A stretch of 64,000 bases of DNA from Raillietiella orientalis (taxonomy: Eukaryota): contig JAYWIR010000041.1 in assembly GCA_036172245.1 (NCBI GenBank), forward strand, positions 1,612,001 to 1,676,000, written 5' to 3'. Below are positions 61,211 to 64,000 of the stretch, piece after piece. How positions within the stretch are numbered: the first letter of the stretch is position 1; every line of letters begins with the position of its first letter. Made by a program: the position numbers and the translations under genes. The notes under the pieces were generated by a model. The model did not search any database. It worked only from the letters and a program-made list of their open reading frames with translations, and had not been told where the DNA came from.

Positions 61211-64000
61211 GTCGCGTGGTCGCCGACTCGTCCTCCACGGCGGACTGGTAGTCCCGGAGCGACGCGCTAATCGCGTGGCGAACGCGGATCCGGGAGGATA
61301 TCTCTCGCGCCCCTCGTAGAGCAAGTCGGAGGCAGATTGTAGGGCCGCCTTCGAAACATCCTCTGTCTCAAGATGCTTCCAATCGGCATCCAGATTTCTC
61401 GGACTGCTGCTCTTCTCCGGGGAAGGATCTCTTCCGAGCCGATGCCCTCCGGCACTCGCGAGGCATTCTTGTGGGGGGAATGGTTCGCTCTCCTTGCGGA
61501 GGCCCTGGAGGGAGCTCCTCCTTGTCCTTCTTCCTGCTGAAGAAGGAAAGGGATCCCCTTTCCTCCCTCCGGTTCTCAGCAGGTCCAGACGCTCCCGAGA
61601 GAGATGGAGAGAAGGGTTTCCACAGGGGCCACCACTGCGTCCCAGGGAGTCCCTTCGTTCCGGGAAGTGCCTGAGGGGGAAGACGAGTTGGGATTCAGGG
61701 GCGGCGGGGAGTCACGGGCAGCTGCTGTTCTTTCCCCTGCCGTCCGGCTGACCGGCTGAAGGCGCTGGCCCTCCCGAAAGGACACCGACATGGGCACGTC
61801 CGCCGCCGCGAGAGGGGAGCGGGGAACGTCTCCTGTGGCAGCACAGACGCTTGGCGCCAGTGGACGGAGTCGGCCCTCTCCGGGATCCGTCTGAGAAAGT
61901 TTCGGCTGCTCCATTCCTTTCCCGGGAGCGAACTGTTCTGCCATACTCGCCCCCACATCGCCTCGTGGCCTGGCATCGTCCCGCAGCCCTCGATCCCCCT
62001 TCGCGCCGGGAGGGTCAGCCTCGCGATTTTTCCCTTGGGAATTTGGCCGGGTTCCGCACCGCCACAGGGTCTCCCCCCCTCCCCAATGACCTACTTCCTC
62101 CCGTCTCTCTCTCTCTCCGTGAGACTTCCAAGGCGAGCGCGTGAGTGGGAGGGGCGCTCCGTTCCGCTTGAGGCATCTCTTGTCCAGATGCGAGGGGGCA
62201 GAGGAAACGTCCCTCAAAGTTCGCTTCCCGATCCCATGCCAGGAGCTTTCTCGACCTCGAGGTCCTGGCTGCTGCACTCCAGGGTTGGGAGCGGGGAAAG
62301 GACAACCATTCTTCCTTTGGAGAGCGCCTCCCTTGCGAAGATGCTTGCAGGACGCAGCGGCACAGCATCGCGGCTTCTGGTTTGCTTGCCCTCGGTTCTC
62401 AGGAGGATATTCTTACGGGAGGAAGGGAGAAGGGGCGGAGAGGTGGGGAGAAGAAGGTGAAAAGTCCTTGTCCTCCTGGGTGCCAGTGAGAAGGTGCGCG
62501 CATCTCTGGCCTGCGATATACAGAGACGACGTGCGGAAAGGCCGTCCGCCCTCGCCGCGCTTGCCGCTGAGGCCGTCTCCTCTTTGCGAGACTTTTGCGA
62601 GGCGGAGTGCTGGAGGGAGGGCCTGCACTAGGTAAGGAGGGGTGGACGATCCGAGGTCCCTCAGGATGCTGGGTTCTTCCTCCCCTCTGAAAGAATCTTT
62701 CGTCTGGCGGCGTCAGCAGCTCCCTTCGGCTCCTGTCTATCCCGCGGGTTCGCCTCTGGGTCTTTCTGAGCCTCTGCTCCTCCAGAAGGACGCAGGAAGC
62801 ACGAGGGGGAGGTTAGCTTGCGTCTCAGCTCGGCTTCACCCCAAGAGAAGCTTGAGAGAGGAGGGGGAGAGGTTACGAACCGAAGGGCATTTCCGGGTCT
62901 CGAGAAGGTCACTCGACCTCTTCCCCTACCCCCTGGGCCGGAAGGTCGTTTCTAGTGGGAACAAGACCTTAGTGACGCGGGGATTCTGCGCGTCCGGAAG
63001 GGCAGCGCGAGGGCCGCTGTATTTCTGGAGCATCAGGTGGTCTCCCGAGAAGACTACAAGGGAACATTGCCCCTCCGCGTTTGCCCTCCTCAGAGGATGT
63101 GGAGGGGAAGGAAACCCCACCGGAGGAGCTGGCTGCCAAGCGGATCCTTCCTCAGCAGCAGCCTCTCCGGCAGTCATTTGTAGGGCCAAGACGGGCAGAT
63201 GCTCACGAAATCACGAGGAGGGGGGATTCCCCCTGCCCGTCTGCCCGTCTTGGCTCTGCTGCTCCTGAGGGAGCCGGCTCAGCTCTCCCCACAGGCAGGA
63301 GGACAGCGCTGTGCACGGGTTCGGTTGCAGGGATCTCCACAGCTTCCCCCCTCACGTGTGCTCCTCCTCCCCTGACTTTTCTCTCGCTTTCCGCCTTCAA
63401 ATCCCTTCGTACATCCTTTCCTCGGTCGTTCCGCAATTCCCTGGCAACCTCCGAGTTTGCATTCCAGGCTCTCTTCAAAGTGCACCGTCCAAAACCAAAT
63501 GAGCGGTTCAAAAGATTTTTTTTTTGTTTCTTTTCTTACCTAGTTTCCTTCGAGCTCTCTGCTGAACGGTTGCCTCGTCCTTTCCGTCGACAGGAGAGAG
63601 GGCAAGAACGGGGAAACCAAAACTCCAGGGACTCGACCCTGCGGCTGGTAATGCACAAAATCGAAGCCTCGAAACGCATAGGATCGAAAGATTCAACGAT
63701 CGCGTTGGGAACAGCAGCGGATTCAAAGGTTTCAAAGTATGGCGCACGGGAAGAATCGCTGAGGTGCATTCTCAACAGATGCAACAAACAAACCATGGTT
63801 TCTGGGAGGTGTGACGAGCTGATGGAATAGCTCAAGCGGTCCACTGAAACCGAACCCGGTACTCCATGGAGGAGGAAAAGCACTCGCATCGGAAGTCGCC
63901 TCTATGGCTGAGGTAGAAGAGGTGCAGCAGAAGAAGGAGAGCAAGTTGGACCTTCACTTTGCCTCCAAGGAGCACTCACTCTAGGATCTCTGGGATCTGG

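Noticed and set aside
1..64000. CRISPR arrays, rRNA or tRNA genes, prokaryotic operons, alternative genetic code
   Set aside because: I saw no regularly spaced repeats or structural RNA genes, and the spliced genes translate fully with the standard code and GT-AG introns.

Overview
This is eukaryotic, most likely invertebrate, genomic DNA; I found no prokaryotic features such as CRISPR arrays, rRNA or operons. The window alternates AT-rich, intron-dense gene blocks with GC-rich blocks. I rebuilt four genes by hand from GT-AG boundaries in the AT-rich blocks. They are a TAB1-like PP2C pseudophosphatase (minus, 5234-8783), a divergent FAM98-like gene (minus, about 18.5-19.6 kb), the 3' exons of a divergent penta-EF-hand-like gene (minus, 21.1-22.0 kb), and a complete 33-exon phosphatidylinositol 4-kinase III alpha gene (plus, 23889-36658, 2086 aa, 23 of 32 introns only 41-55 nt). 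A PRDM8/ZNF488-type C2H2 zinc-finger gene (minus, 58718-59536) sits in the GC-rich last 10 kb. The GC-rich blocks at 0.3-4.5, 10.3-17.5 and 46-53.7 kb are clusters of decayed L1/Tx1-like non-LTR retrotransposon 3' fragments that share a structured 3' end with no poly(A) tail. Inside one cluster lies an intact 273-aa orphan ORF on the opposite strand. A 196-bp near-perfect foldback lies at 45.3 kb. All homology calls come from recalled family motifs, not from a database search.
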